Shown: piece by piece, positions 38,967 through 48,745 of the stretch
Layout: each line of letters starts with the position of its first letter
Numbering within the stretch: the first letter of the stretch is position 1
DNA from: an uncultured Gammaproteobacteria bacterium
Lineage (GTDB): Bacteria > Patescibacteriota > Patescibacteriia > UBA2591 > UBA6264
Length of the DNA: 64,000 bases
Direction: 5' to 3'
Assembly: GCA_964596735.1 (NCBI GenBank)
Contig: CAZQVF010000006.1
Coordinates: 24,152-88,151 of the forward strand
Position numbers and translations under genes: made by a program
The notes under the pieces: model-generated
Seen by the model: the letters and a program-made list of their open reading frames with translations, nothing else
The model's database searches: none
Told to the model about the DNA's origin: nothing

Positions 38967-39524
38967 TTAAACCCTTTCAACATATTCCCCTGTGTCTGTA
39001 TTAACCCCAACCAAATCATCTTTTTTTACAAAAATAGGAACAGTTATTTTAGCTTTAGTTTCCAAAACAACAGTCTTTGTTGGAGTTGTTGCAGAATCCC
39101 CTTTGACACTTGGAGGAGCTTCAATAACCTTAAGATTTACTTTTTTAGGCAATTCAACATTAATTGGATTTTTATTAAAAAAGAGAACATCGACCTCAAG
39201 CCCTTCTTTTAAGAATTTTTTCTTATCTGTTAAAGGTTTTAAAGGAAGAAAGAATTGATCATAATTTTGATTATTCATAAAAAAGACCTTTTCTTCTTCA
39301 ATATATAAAAAGTTTGCTTTAATTTTTTCTATATTAGCTTCTGCGACCTTGTCAGAGGCATTAAATGTTTTTTCTAATACTTGTCCCGTGGCAAGATTTT
39401 TTAATTTTGTTCTAACAAATGCCTGGCCGCGGGCCGTTTTAGAATGTTGAGAAAAAATTACTTGATAAGGCTCGTTGTTTAACACAATAACAATTCCTGT
39501 TTTTTTAAGATCATTAACCTGCAT
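38967..39524 (-). CDS. efp: elongation factor P
   Basis: Three-domain length (185 aa), NNEPYQV...ARGQAFVRTKLKN loop; Arg stands at the position of E. coli Lys34. Confidence 0.85.
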   Translation of the reverse strand: MQVNDLKKTGIVIVLNNEPYQVIFSQHSKTARGQAFVRTKLKNLATGQVLEKTFNASDKVAEANIEKIKANFLYIEEEKVFFMNNQNYDQFFLPLKPLTDKKKFLKEGLEVDVLFFNKNPINVELPKKVNLKVIEAPPSVKGDSATTPTKTVVLETKAKITVPIFVKKDDLVGVNTDTGEYVERV

Positions 39525-39529
39525 CTTTA

Positions 39530-39754
39530 TTATTTCTTAACAAATGGAAGTAGAGCCATGATCCGCGCTCTTTTAATTGCTCTAGATAGCTTTCTTTGAT
39601 GTTTAGAGCAGGTTCCTTTTTTGCGTCGGGGAAGAATTTTTTCGTAAGAGGAAACAAATCTACGCAAGATGTCAGTGTCTTTATAATCAATTTCATTAAT
39701 ATTATTGACGCAAAAATAACAATGTTTTTGGTTGTTGTTCTGATGATTATTCAT
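39530..39754 (-). CDS. rpsR: 30S ribosomal protein S18
   Basis: CYFC...[14 protein letters not shown]...[26 protein letters not shown]. Confidence 0.85.
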   Translation of the reverse strand: MNNHQNNNQKHCYFCVNNINEIDYKDTDILRRFVSSYEKILPRRKKGTCSKHQRKLSRAIKRARIMALLPFVKK

Positions 39755-39825
39755 AATTCAAATGGATTAAACAATCTATCGCGAATTAGTAAATTCGTGT
39801 TTTAATAAATTTTATCTTATAGATT

Positions 39826-40248
39826 CTAAAAGGGTATTTCTTCAACGTTAATTTCGTCTGAAACAGGAGCTTCTTCGTTTGGTTTTTCTTCTTTTGGCTG
39901 TTCAATTCCAGTGCCTCCAGGCCTTGGCCCTAACTGGAGCATTTCTGCAACAATTTCAGTTCTTGTTTTTTTATTGCCCTGAGGATCTTGCCAGTTTTTT
40001 GTTTGCAGGCGCCCTTCAATATAAACAAGACCTCCCTTTTTTAGGAACTGTTGAGAGATTTCTCCCAATCTTCCCCAGGCAATTATATTGTGATACTCGA
40101 CCTGTTTCTTCTTTTCACCACTTTCTCTGTCCGTCCAGAAACGATTTGTTGCCAAACTGTATGAAGTTACTGTTTGTCCTGACGGAAGAGTTCTTGTTTC
40201 GGGGTCTCGCGTAAGATTCCCCATAACAATAGCTTTGTTAACATTCAT
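39826..40248 (-). CDS. ssb: single-stranded DNA-binding protein
   Basis: OB-fold N-terminus, acidic C-terminal tail ...EEIPF. Confidence 0.85.
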   Translation of the reverse strand: MNVNKAIVMGNLTRDPETRTLPSGQTVTSYSLATNRFWTDRESGEKKKQVEYHNIIAWGRLGEISQQFLKKGGLVYIEGRLQTKNWQDPQGNKKTRTEIVAEMLQLGPRPGGTGIEQPKEEKPNEEAPVSDEINVEEIPF

Positions 40249-40275
40249 AAAAATTTAAGAAATTATTTATTAATA

Positions 40276-40680
40276 TTATATTTTAAATAAATCGTCAATT
40301 TTTTCTCCCAATTTCTTAAGATCAATTTTTTTGGTACTTTTTCCACTTTTTAATGTTTTTTCTTCCTGTTTTTTTTGAGATAACCGAGTAACCTTTTTTT
40401 TCTCAATTTTTTTAGTTACCAAGTGCCTTAAAATTTCAGGCATTAATTTTAATTTTTGATCTAATTCTTTTAATTTTTTTGGGGCAATTTCAAAATTTAA
40501 TAAAAGATAAAAACCACGATAAATTTGTTTAATTGGATAAGCTAGTTTTTTGTTTCCCAGGTTCTCTTCTTTGCTGATTTTTCCACCTAATTTTTCGACT
40601 ATTTCTTTTACTTTTTTTGAAACATTCGGCAGGTCTTTTTCAGTTAGAGGAGCGGGGACAAGGTACAATAATTCGTACAT
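40276..40680 (-). CDS. rpsF: 30S ribosomal protein S6 (with Lys-rich C-terminal extension)
   Basis: MYELLYLV.. N-terminus, and rpsF-ssb-rpsR synteny. The start is probably Met-5 of the track ORF. Confidence 0.7.
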   Translation of the reverse strand: MYELLYLVPAPLTEKDLPNVSKKVKEIVEKLGGKISKEENLGNKKLAYPIKQIYRGFYLLLNFEIAPKKLKELDQKLKLMPEILRHLVTKKIEKKKVTRLSQKKQEEKTLKSGKSTKKIDLKKLGEKIDDLFKI

Positions 40681-40720
40681 AAACGTTGACAATTATTTAA
40701 TTCTAAAAGACAATAACATT

Positions 40721-41971
40721 ATGACCTATTTTTTTATCTTAGGCAATAACCCAACTTTGTCAATAGCTGAAATTATCAATGTTTTGTCCAAACAGATAGT
40801 TAAGATTGAAAAATTTTCTTCAGAAGTTTTACTAATAAAATTATCAGGAAAGGTCAGTGTATTAGAACTACAAAATCAGCTGGGAGGAACAATTAAGATC
40901 GGACAGATAGTCGACCAGGTTGACCTGAATTCCTTTTCAGATTTAATTAATAAGGTTTGGCAGTTTTTACCTAAGAATTTATCTAATTTATACTTTGGCC
41001 TTAGCACTTATTATTTAGGAGACCAGAAAAGAGATATAAGCAGGAAATTAAAAAAAGCAGCCCTAGAAGTAAAAGCACGTTTTAAAAAACAAGGAGTCGG
41101 TTGCCGCTGGGTCGAGTCTAAAGAAAAGGTATTATCTTCGGTTATACTTCAAAAAAATAAATTATTAAGCCGTGGAACAGAAATAGTTTTTTTAATAGAT
41201 AACAACAAATGTTATACAGGGAAAACCTTAAGTTGCCAGTCTTTTAAAGACTATGCCTTAAGAGATTTTGGTCGGCCAGCCAGAGCCATAAAAAGGGGGA
41301 TGATTCCTCCAAAATTAGGACAAATAATGCTTAATTTAAGCAGAGATTCAGGTTTTTCACTTGAAAAAACTTTAATCTTAGACCCTTTTTGCGGCTCAGG
41401 AACAATCTTGCAAGAAGCGCTTTTAATGGGGTTTAAAAGCATTATAGGAACAGATAAAGACAAACGAACAATTATTAATGCCCAAAAAAACCTAGAATGG
41501 TTGGTACAAAAAATAAAACAGCCTCTAAAGGGCGTCAGGATTTTTTATTCTGATGCGAGAAAGATTAGCAAAAAGATAAGAGCTAAATCAGTGGGGGCAA
41601 TTGTAACAGAACCATATTTAGGTCCTTTAAAATTTTCTTCATCAGAATACAGCTTTATTGTTAGGGAATTAGGACAATTATATCTTTTAGCTTTTGAACA
41701 GTTTAGTAGAATTTTAAAAACAAATAGGAGAGTAGTAATCATTTTTCCAATATTTAAAATCGAAAATAAACAACATTTTTTACCTATTCTAGATAAGCTA
41801 AAAAATCAAGGATGGCAAGTACAACCCCCTATTCCTCATTCTTTATTAAAGAATCCAGTGATTAAAATAACAAAACGGGAATCTATTATTTATTCTAGAA
41901 CAGACCAAAGAGTCTTAAGGGAAATTTTTATATTTAAGTTAGGTAAACATGAGAAAAGAACGAACAATTAA
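40721..41971 (+). CDS. UPF0020/Trm11-RlmL-type RNA (guanine-N2) methyltransferase-like protein
   Basis: LDPFCGSGTILQEA motif I. The start is trimmed to ATG 40721, because the track N-terminus runs antisense through rpsF. Confidence 0.5.
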   Translation: MTYFFILGNNPTLSIAEIINVLSKQIVKIEKFSSEVLLIKLSGKVSVLELQNQLGGTIKIGQIVDQVDLNSFSDLINKVWQFLPKNLSNLYFGLSTYYLGDQKRDISRKLKKAALEVKARFKKQGVGCRWVESKEKVLSSVILQKNKLLSRGTEIVFLIDNNKCYTGKTLSCQSFKDYALRDFGRPARAIKRGMIPPKLGQIMLNLSRDSGFSLEKTLILDPFCGSGTILQEALLMGFKSIIGTDKDKRTIINAQKNLEWLVQKIKQPLKGVRIFYSDARKISKKIRAKSVGAIVTEPYLGPLKFSSSEYSFIVRELGQLYLLAFEQFSRILKTNRRVVIIFPIFKIENKQHFLPILDKLKNQGWQVQPPIPHSLLKNPVIKITKRESIIYSRTDQRVLREIFIFKLGKHEKRTNN

Positions 41972-43721
41972 AGGATTAAAAATTGTTTTCCAGCATCTTG
42001 GCAAGTATAAGGGCGATCTTATTATACTTTCAGTCCTGGGTGTAATTTCAGCCATAGCCAATGGGGTGGTGCCTTATTTGGTCGGTCGTTTTTTTGATTC
42101 AATTTTAGTTCCATCAAGGATTTTTATTGGGGCGATAGTTGAGATGCCTTTATTTTTATTTCTTATTCTAGTATGGGTCGTAGTGCAATTGATAGCAAAT
42201 TTTGTTGATTGGAAAAGTAATGTAAAAAATGCTCATTTGAGCGAGACTATTTATTCAAAATATATTATAAAGGGGTTTGGTACGCTTTTAGAGTTGCCTT
42301 TATCTTTTCACAAGAACCGCAAAATGGGTGATATTTTTGACAGAATAAGCAGGGCAGCTAGCCGGATGGAGCAGATCGTGGGGACTGTAATCATTGATTT
42401 AGCCCCTCAGTTTTTGAGTATTTTAGTCGCTTTGATAATATGTTTTTATGTTAATTATTTTCTAGCCTTTTTTCTTTTATTAAGCGTATTTGTTTATGTT
42501 ATAGTTATTTTTAAAATAGCGCCTCCTTTGATTAGGCTTCAACGTAAAATGCATAGAGCGTATAATATAGCCTTTGGTAGTGCTTATGACGCTGTTTTTA
42601 ACATATCTGCCGTTAAACAAGGGGTGACAGAAAAACAGGAGCATAAAAAGCTTTATAAAAATTTTTATTTAAAAGCATCAAAATTTTGGCAAAAAATGTA
42701 CTCAATCTGGCAAAAAATGAATTTTTATCAGCGTTTAATTATTACCCTTACCCAATTTATCATTTTTGTTTTGTCAGTAATTTTTATTCAAAAAGGAACA
42801 ATGACAATCGGCGAATTAGTGATGTTTAATGGGTATGCAATGATGCTTTTTGGCCCCTTTGTCCAATTGGGTCGGAACTGGCAAACAGTTCAAAATGGTT
42901 TGGTGGCCACAGAAAGAGCAGAGGTTATTTTATCTGTGTCAAAAGAAAAATATATTCCCAAAAACGCGACAATTCTTTCTGATATTAAAGGAGAAGTGGT
43001 TTTTAAAAATGTTAGTTTTGCTTATAAAAAGGAGAATAAAGTGCTTGATAACATTAGTTTTACGGCTAAATCAGGAGAAGTTGTGGCCCTGGTCGGAGAA
43101 TCTGGGGTTGGCAAAAGCACCCTTGTTGATTTGATCTCCGGATATTATTTTCCCCGAAAAGGAAAGATATTAATTGATGGATACGATATTAAGAATTTTA
43201 ATTTAAAATTTCTTAGGAGTAAAATTGCTGTGGTTCCTCAGGAGATTGTTCTATTTAATGATACGATTAAAAATAATATTGCTTATGGAAATTTTTCAGC
43301 TACTGATGAAGAGATAAAAGAAGCAGTGAGAAAAAGTCATGCTAGTGAATTTATAGAGTCATTTCCTAAAAAATATAAGCAGATTGTGGGTGAAAGAGGG
43401 ATTAAGCTCTCAGTTGGCCAAAAGCAAAGAGTAGCTATTGCCCGGGCAATTTTGCGAGATCCTAAAATATTGGTTTTAGACGAACCAACATCAGCCTTGG
43501 ACGCTAAATCAGAAAAATTTATTCAAGAATCCTTAGAAAAGCTAATGAAAAATAGAACAACTTTTATTATTGCCCACCGTTTAAGCACGGTCAGAAGAGC
43601 GGATAAAATTTTGGTTCTTGAAAACGGTAGAATTGTTGAACAGGGCCTGCATCAGGATTTAATTAAGATCCCTAATGGTGTTTATCATCAGCTTTACAGA
43701 TATCAAATCGGCTTGTTATAA
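41949..43721 (+). CDS. ABC exporter, fused permease/ATPase (MsbA-like)
   Basis: Six-TM N-terminal domain, GESGVGKST Walker A, LSVGQKQRVAIARA signature, LVLDEPTSALD Walker B. Confidence 0.8.
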   Translation: MRKERTIKGLKIVFQHLGKYKGDLIILSVLGVISAIANGVVPYLVGRFFDSILVPSRIFIGAIVEMPLFLFLILVWVVVQLIANFVDWKSNVKNAHLSETIYSKYIIKGFGTLLELPLSFHKNRKMGDIFDRISRAASRMEQIVGTVIIDLAPQFLSILVALIICFYVNYFLAFFLLLSVFVYVIVIFKIAPPLIRLQRKMHRAYNIAFGSAYDAVFNISAVKQGVTEKQEHKKLYKNFYLKASKFWQKMYSIWQKMNFYQRLIITLTQFIIFVLSVIFIQKGTMTIGELVMFNGYAMMLFGPFVQLGRNWQTVQNGLVATERAEVILSVSKEKYIPKNATILSDIKGEVVFKNVSFAYKKENKVLDNISFTAKSGEVVALVGESGVGKSTLVDLISGYYFPRKGKILIDGYDIKNFNLKFLRSKIAVVPQEIVLFNDTIKNNIAYGNFSATDEEIKEAVRKSHASEFIESFPKKYKQIVGERGIKLSVGQKQRVAIARAILRDPKILVLDEPTSALDAKSEKFIQESLEKLMKNRTTFIIAHRLSTVRRADKILVLENGRIVEQGLHQDLIKIPNGVYHQLYRYQIGLL

Positions 43722-43799
43722 TAAATGAGTGAAACCCGATTTCAATCATTTAAATATAGAAGGAGAAAGGAGGGGTAAAGAAAATGTTAAAATGAATTT

Positions 43800-44883
43800 A
43801 TGCGTATTGGAATTGATGCCCGGTTTTATGATTTGTCAGTAGGAATCGGGCGTTATACGGAAAAATTAATTACTCATTTAGAAAAAATTGATCAAGTCAA
43901 TGATTATTTTATTTTTCTAACCAGAGGAAATTTTAATTCTTATCAACCGCAAAACCCAAAATTTCATAAAGTTTTAGCCAATTATCGTTGGTATTCTTTT
44001 GGAGAGCAGCTTTTATTTCCTTTTAAGCTCTATAGAGCCAAGTTAGATCTTTTTCATTTTTTACATTTTAATGTACCATTTTTATTCTGTAATAAATTTA
44101 TAGTGACAATTCACGATTTGACTCAAAGAGAATTAACAAAGAAGGCCTCAAAATTACCCCCCTTATTTTTTTATTTTAAAAAGTTATTATATTTTTTAGT
44201 TATTAAAAATGCTATAAAAAAAGCAAAAAAGATTATTGCGGTTTCTGGTTTTACCAAAAAAGAGATAATTAGACATTATAAGATAAAACCAGAAAAGATA
44301 ATTGTTATTTATGAATCAGCAGAATAAAATTAAAGAACCATACCTTTTATATGTTGGAAACGCATATCCTCATAAGAATTTAGAGAGATTACTTCAGGCT
44401 TTCAAGATTATTTTGAAAGAAAGTCCAAATTTATCATTAGTTCTAGTTGGTAGAATAGATTATTTTTATAATAGATTACAAGAAAAGGTCAGAGAATTAA
44501 ATTTAGACAATAAAATTATTTTTACTGACAGAATATCTGATAAAATATTAAATGATTTATATAAAAAAGCCTTAATCTATATTTTTCCTTCTTTGTCAGA
44601 AGGATTTGGTTTACCAGGACTAGAAGCAATGAAACAGGGGCTACCAGTTGTTTGTTCAGATAAAGGACCTTTACCAGAGATTTATGGCCAAGCAGCAGTT
44701 TATTTTAATGGAGAAAATATTAAAGAAATGGCTCAGATGATTTTACAAGTAATTTCTAACGATAGTTTAAGAGAAAATATGAGAAAGCGAGGTTATTTAC
44801 AGGTAAAAAAATATTCTTGGCAAAAATGTGCTCAAGAAACATTAGAAATTTATAATCAAGTATTAGAAAGAAAAAAGATATAA
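43800..44883 (+). pseudogene. GT4 glycosyltransferase split by an apparent frameshift (ORFs 43800..44327 and 44302..44883)
   Basis: A GT4 N-terminal domain (MRIGIDARFY) and a GT1 C-terminal domain (EGFGLPGLEAMKQGLPVV) lie in adjacent frames. The shift falls within 44302..44327. Confidence 0.5.
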
Positions 44884-44900
44884 TCGTATTTTACGACACC

Positions 44901-44928
44901 AAAACTGCTTTATAAAAAGCAGTTTTTT
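44901..44928 (+). terminator. hairpin terminator
   Basis: 11-bp stem AAAACTGCTTT/AAAGCAGTTTT followed by a T-run. Confidence 0.5.
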
Positions 44929-44970
44929 GTTTTTTTATAAATCTATTGACCATTTCTAGTTGATTTTTTA

Positions 44971-45462
44971 TTATAATTTTTCAGTACCAATTATTTTCGG
45001 TTTAAAGTCTTCATCTAATGATTCTGGAATGGCTCGGATTAATTTTGGCAGTTTTTCTACATAATGATACCGCCATTTTTTCTCTTGTTCAGAAAATTCT
45101 TTTTTCCATTGATTAAATTGTTTTTCTTTTAAGCCATATAAACGGCCATCAAGAGCTGGAATAATAATTTTTTTAATAGTTTCTCTTCGGCGAACCAATA
45201 GTTTGGCCTGATGTCGCCATAATGAAGGTTTTTTTCGATCTTGATAGTTATATTCATAAACAGACTCTTTTAATCCCAAAGTATTTTTAACAGAAAAAAC
45301 TAAATTTCTGTCATTATAGTGCATTTGAAGCTGAAAAACGGCTATTTTTTGTTTGCCTTTATTATGAGAAACCCAACCAAAATAACCTTCTCCGGTAATT
45401 AAACCAGCAATGAAGTCTAAAGAAAGTTTTTTAGTATTTGTAATCTCTGGAATTTTAGCCAT
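44971..45462 (-). CDS. free-standing LAGLIDADG homing endonuclease (single-motif type)
   Basis: LDFIAGLITGEGYFGW motif near the N-terminus, 163 aa, intergenic position. Confidence 0.65.
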   Translation of the reverse strand: MAKIPEITNTKKLSLDFIAGLITGEGYFGWVSHNKGKQKIAVFQLQMHYNDRNLVFSVKNTLGLKESVYEYNYQDRKKPSLWRHQAKLLVRRRETIKKIIIPALDGRLYGLKEKQFNQWKKEFSEQEKKWRYHYVEKLPKLIRAIPESLDEDFKPKIIGTEKL

Positions 45463-45688
45463 GAATTATAGATTAGATGGCACATGTTCTTTGAAGAACA
45501 ATTTGTTATACTGTATAACATTATATTACATATTATATTAAAATCAACCAGTACTTGTGGATAACTTTTGACTGGTTTCTTCAGTTTAACTGTTGTTTTA
45601 GTGTCGTAAATTATATAACTAAAAAAAGAGAATTAATAAATACTCTTCTTAATAGGTTAAAACAGCTTTTTAATAGGCTAAAACAGCT

Positions 45689-46525
45689 TTATTTTATATG
45701 AGTTTTTAAAAAATGAAACCCCCCATAAACTCCGGATTTATCTCCTAAACGGTTCTTAAGGATCGGTGGAGATTTAAAAATTAATAGATTTTGTTTAACA
45801 AACTTTCTTAATGGGCTAAAAAATATTCTCCCCTTTTTGCTAAATGAACCGCCAATAATAACAACATGAGGAGACCAAAAAACAATAGTATTTATTACTC
45901 CTTGAGAAAAGTTTTTAGCAAAGTCTTGCCAAATTTTAACATTATTACAATTTTCAGGTTTAATTTTATATCTTTGGTAAAAAGTCTTGCCTGAAACATA
46001 TGACTCAAGACAACCTTTTTGTCTGCAATTAGGAAAGTATTTTCCGTTCAGTCTAACAATTTGATGGCCTGGCTCAAACCCTTGAGCCGATTGATCAATT
46101 TGTTTATTAATAATTCTTGCTCCTCCAATTCCGGTGCCAATTGCAAGGTAGGCAACTATTTTGTATTTTTTTCCAGCCCCAAAAACAGCTTCACCAAGAC
46201 CAGCTAGGGCAGTGTCGTTTTGAATAAAGACAGGGCATTTAAATTTTTTAGATAAGAGCTCAAAGATTGGTTTATTTGTCCATTCTTTAAGGTGTGGGGA
46301 TTTAATTAATTTATTTTTTTTTGTATCAATTATTCCATGAAGGCCGAAGGCAAACCCTTTAATTTGGCTTTGTAGAGTCATTTCCTCAACAGTATTAGTT
46401 ATTTTTTTTATTCCTAAATTAAAATTTTTTCGTGTAGAAAAAATTCTATAGTCTTTAATATCTTTGAGGTTTTTTGAGGTCGCCACACGAGTGTTTGTTC
46501 CACCCGTTTCAATTGAGATAAACAT
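45689..46525 (-). CDS. ROK-family sugar kinase (glucokinase-like)
   Basis: IETGGTNTRVA N-terminal ATP motif, LAIGTGIGGARI, Cys-rich zinc motif CRQKGC. Confidence 0.7.
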   Translation of the reverse strand: MFISIETGGTNTRVATSKNLKDIKDYRIFSTRKNFNLGIKKITNTVEEMTLQSQIKGFAFGLHGIIDTKKNKLIKSPHLKEWTNKPIFELLSKKFKCPVFIQNDTALAGLGEAVFGAGKKYKIVAYLAIGTGIGGARIINKQIDQSAQGFEPGHQIVRLNGKYFPNCRQKGCLESYVSGKTFYQRYKIKPENCNNVKIWQDFAKNFSQGVINTIVFWSPHVVIIGGSFSKKGRIFFSPLRKFVKQNLLIFKSPPILKNRLGDKSGVYGGFHFLKTHIK

Positions 46526-46545
46526 ATTTTTAATTATTTCATTAA

Positions 46546-46616
46546 TGGACCTAGGCAGAATCGAACTGCCGTTTTCGCAATGCGAATGCGATGTACTTCC
46601 ACTGTACTATAGGCCC
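46546..46616 (-). tRNA. tRNA-Ala (anticodon CGC)
   Basis: GGGCCTA acceptor with the G3:U70 Ala identity pair, TCGCA-TTCGCAT-TGCGA anticodon arm, GGCAGTTCGATTCTGCC T-arm. Confidence 0.85.
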
Positions 46617-46642
46617 TTTAATTTATTTTTTAAAGATTCATC

Positions 46643-47080
46643 CTAGGGATAAACAATCCAAACGTTTTCTACTTTGCGAGCAAAATAATCTGGTTTAATT
46701 TTTGATCTTGGCTCCCAATGGAGAGTGGCAGACGTCACTTTATTCTTTTCTTTTTTTAAGAATTGGGTTGCCGCCAATAAAGTGTTTCCAGTATCGGCCT
46801 TTTCATCAACTAAAAGTACATGACGATTTTTAATGTTTTCTCCAGGAAGAGAAATTCTCCTTAGTTTTCCCCTAACCCCGGGTTTTAAATAATAATTATA
46901 ACCAATAACATGTATTTTTTTTATATCTAAAAGATATGACAGAACAGCAGCTGGTATTAATCCACCCCGAGAAACCGCTACTAAACAATCAAAATTTTGT
47001 TTACGCAATTTTTTACTAATAATCAAACAATCCTTAACCAATTGAGGCCAAGAATATAACCTTTTTTTTAATTTAGCCAT
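46643..47080 (-). CDS. purine phosphoribosyltransferase (xanthine/guanine PRT-like)
   Basis: VSRGGLIPAA, LLVDEKADTGNTL PRPP-binding motif, about 145 aa. Confidence 0.6.
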   Translation of the reverse strand: MAKLKKRLYSWPQLVKDCLIISKKLRKQNFDCLVAVSRGGLIPAAVLSYLLDIKKIHVIGYNYYLKPGVRGKLRRISLPGENIKNRHVLLVDEKADTGNTLLAATQFLKKEKNKVTSATLHWEPRSKIKPDYFARKVENVWIVYP

Positions 47081-47097
47081 AAATCTTATTTTCTAAA

Positions 47098-47169
47098 TCC
47101 CCCTGAGAGGAATCGAACCCCTATTTAGGGCTTAGGAGTCCCTTGTTCTATCCATTGAACTACAGGGGG
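47098..47169 (-). tRNA. tRNA-Arg (anticodon CCU)
   Basis: CCCCCTG/CAGGGGG acceptor, GTTC-AATGGATA-GAAC D-arm, AGGGA-CTCCTAA-GCCCT anticodon arm, AGGGGTTCGATTCCTCT T-arm, discriminator A. Closely resembles E. coli argW. Confidence 0.7.
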
Positions 47170-47480
47170 TAGGTAATTTTGTCTTTTATTTCTTTATAGT
47201 TAAATCACCTAAATTAACAAGGAAATTAGTCTTAAGATTAATAAAATACAGGGCAATGATAATAACAAGAACAATCAATGCAACAACAATAGTGCTTTTT
47301 AAGTCCCTTTTTAAATTAATTGATTTTTCCTCTATTTGTTTTTCCATAATTTTTAATTATTCTTCTTTATTTTAGCCAGAGAATCGCTTTTGTCAATATT
47401 TTTAATTGACCTAATGAGTCTATTTTGTTATAATATTAATGTTGATAATAAAAAAATAATAAATCATTAATTTATTTATT

Positions 47481-47882
47481 ATGCTTGGTAAAGATTTTAA
47501 AGTAAAACCTGAAGACGCAGAAACAATAATTGGTACAGGAGTAAAAGTTGAAGGAACCTTTAGTGCTTTTGGCGATGTTATTGTTAAGGGGCAATTGATT
47601 GGCTCTTTGTCAACAGAAAACGATGTCTCTTTAAGAAACAGTGGAATGATTGAGGCTAATATTAGAGCAAAAAACGCTTCAATTGCTGGAGAATTAAAGG
47701 GAAATTTAAGTGTGGACGAAAAAATAGAATTAGCAGCCACAGCTAAAGTTTCAGGCGATATTCATTGTCGAGTTTTAGCGATTGAAGAGGGGGCTATTCT
47801 TAACGGTCGATGTAAAGTCGGCGGAGCAGGCCCAAACAATCTTAAAGAAAAGAAAAAAGAAGACAAAGTTGAAGAGAAATAA
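47481..47882 (+). CDS. bactofilin-family polymer-forming protein
   Basis: Repetitive beta-helix pattern GTGVKVEGTF..GDVIVKG..G.I.A.I.A.. and a Lys/Glu-rich tail. Confidence 0.7.
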   Translation: MLGKDFKVKPEDAETIIGTGVKVEGTFSAFGDVIVKGQLIGSLSTENDVSLRNSGMIEANIRAKNASIAGELKGNLSVDEKIELAATAKVSGDIHCRVLAIEEGAILNGRCKVGGAGPNNLKEKKKEDKVEEK

Positions 47883-47956
47883 CCCATTAATTTAATGGTT
47901 ATTTTTTCATAATTTTGTCTACTTATTTGTAGTGATTCATTTATTTGTATTAGTCT

Positions 47957-48739
47957 ATGTATTTTTATATTTATGATTCTTTTTTAACAGAGAAGAAATA
48001 TGCTAAAGTAGTTTCTAAAATAGAAACAAGGTTGGCTAGTCTAGGGATCGCAGGCAAGAAACATCAGTTATCTATTTTAAGAAGCGTAGATGAGATGGTT
48101 GAAGGAATACTCAAAAAAGAATCCCCAACAATTGTCGTTATTGGCAGCGATCAGACTTTTTGTCGTGCTGCTCTGCCCATGGCCAATACAAACGCTGTTC
48201 TTGGTTTTATTCCTACACAAGCAGATTCGTTAATGGCCAACCTTTTAGGTTTACCAGTTAATGAGTATGCGTGTGATGTTATATCTGCCCGTCGAGTTGA
48301 AGGGATTAGCCTTGGAAAGATTAATGGTCAACGTTTTTTTTCTTCCCTTGAATTCGACGCTAATAAGACAAAATTAACAGCAGATAATAAGTATCAGATT
48401 ATTCCTAAGAGAGTAAAAGCAGTTAAGGTTATTAATTTAGACTTACTTCAATTTCAGGAGATGTCTCAAGAACCAGACTGGCAAAGATTAGCCAGTAATC
48501 CAAAAGATGAATACCTGGAGGTTTTAATGGGAACGCCAGGAAAAGAATTTTGGTTTTTAAAAAGAAAAGAAAAAAGAGATAGTTTATTCTTTGTGAAAAA
48601 GTTAAAAGTAAAATCTAAAAAGCCTAATCAGGAAATTTTAATTAAAGTTGATCAGGAAAAAACAGTTAAAACACCAGCTTTAATTGAATCAGCCAAAGAA
48701 GGTTTAAAAATAATCGTAGGAAAAGACAGACTTATTTAA
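47957..48739 (+). CDS. DAGK-catalytic-domain lipid kinase-like protein
   Basis: A VVIGSDQTF-type glycine loop resembles the DAGK_cat family; weak. Confidence 0.35.
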   Translation: MYFYIYDSFLTEKKYAKVVSKIETRLASLGIAGKKHQLSILRSVDEMVEGILKKESPTIVVIGSDQTFCRAALPMANTNAVLGFIPTQADSLMANLLGLPVNEYACDVISARRVEGISLGKINGQRFFSSLEFDANKTKLTADNKYQIIPKRVKAVKVINLDLLQFQEMSQEPDWQRLASNPKDEYLEVLMGTPGKEFWFLKRKEKRDSLFFVKKLKVKSKKPNQEILIKVDQEKTVKTPALIESAKEGLKIIVGKDRLI

Positions 48740-48745
48740 TTAAAA

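Noticed and set aside
39514-39696. 60-aa ORF overlapping rpsR
   Set aside because: Alternative frame of the clearly recognisable bS18 gene; no motif.
40550-40720. N-terminal 57 codons of track ORF 40550..41971
   Set aside because: They run antisense through rpsF. The protein family (UPF0020 methyltransferase) begins at the internal ATG 40721, just after rpsF.
47420-47740. 106-aa minus-strand ORF overlapping the bactofilin gene
   Set aside because: Antisense to a gene with a clear bactofilin beta-helix repeat pattern; no independent support.
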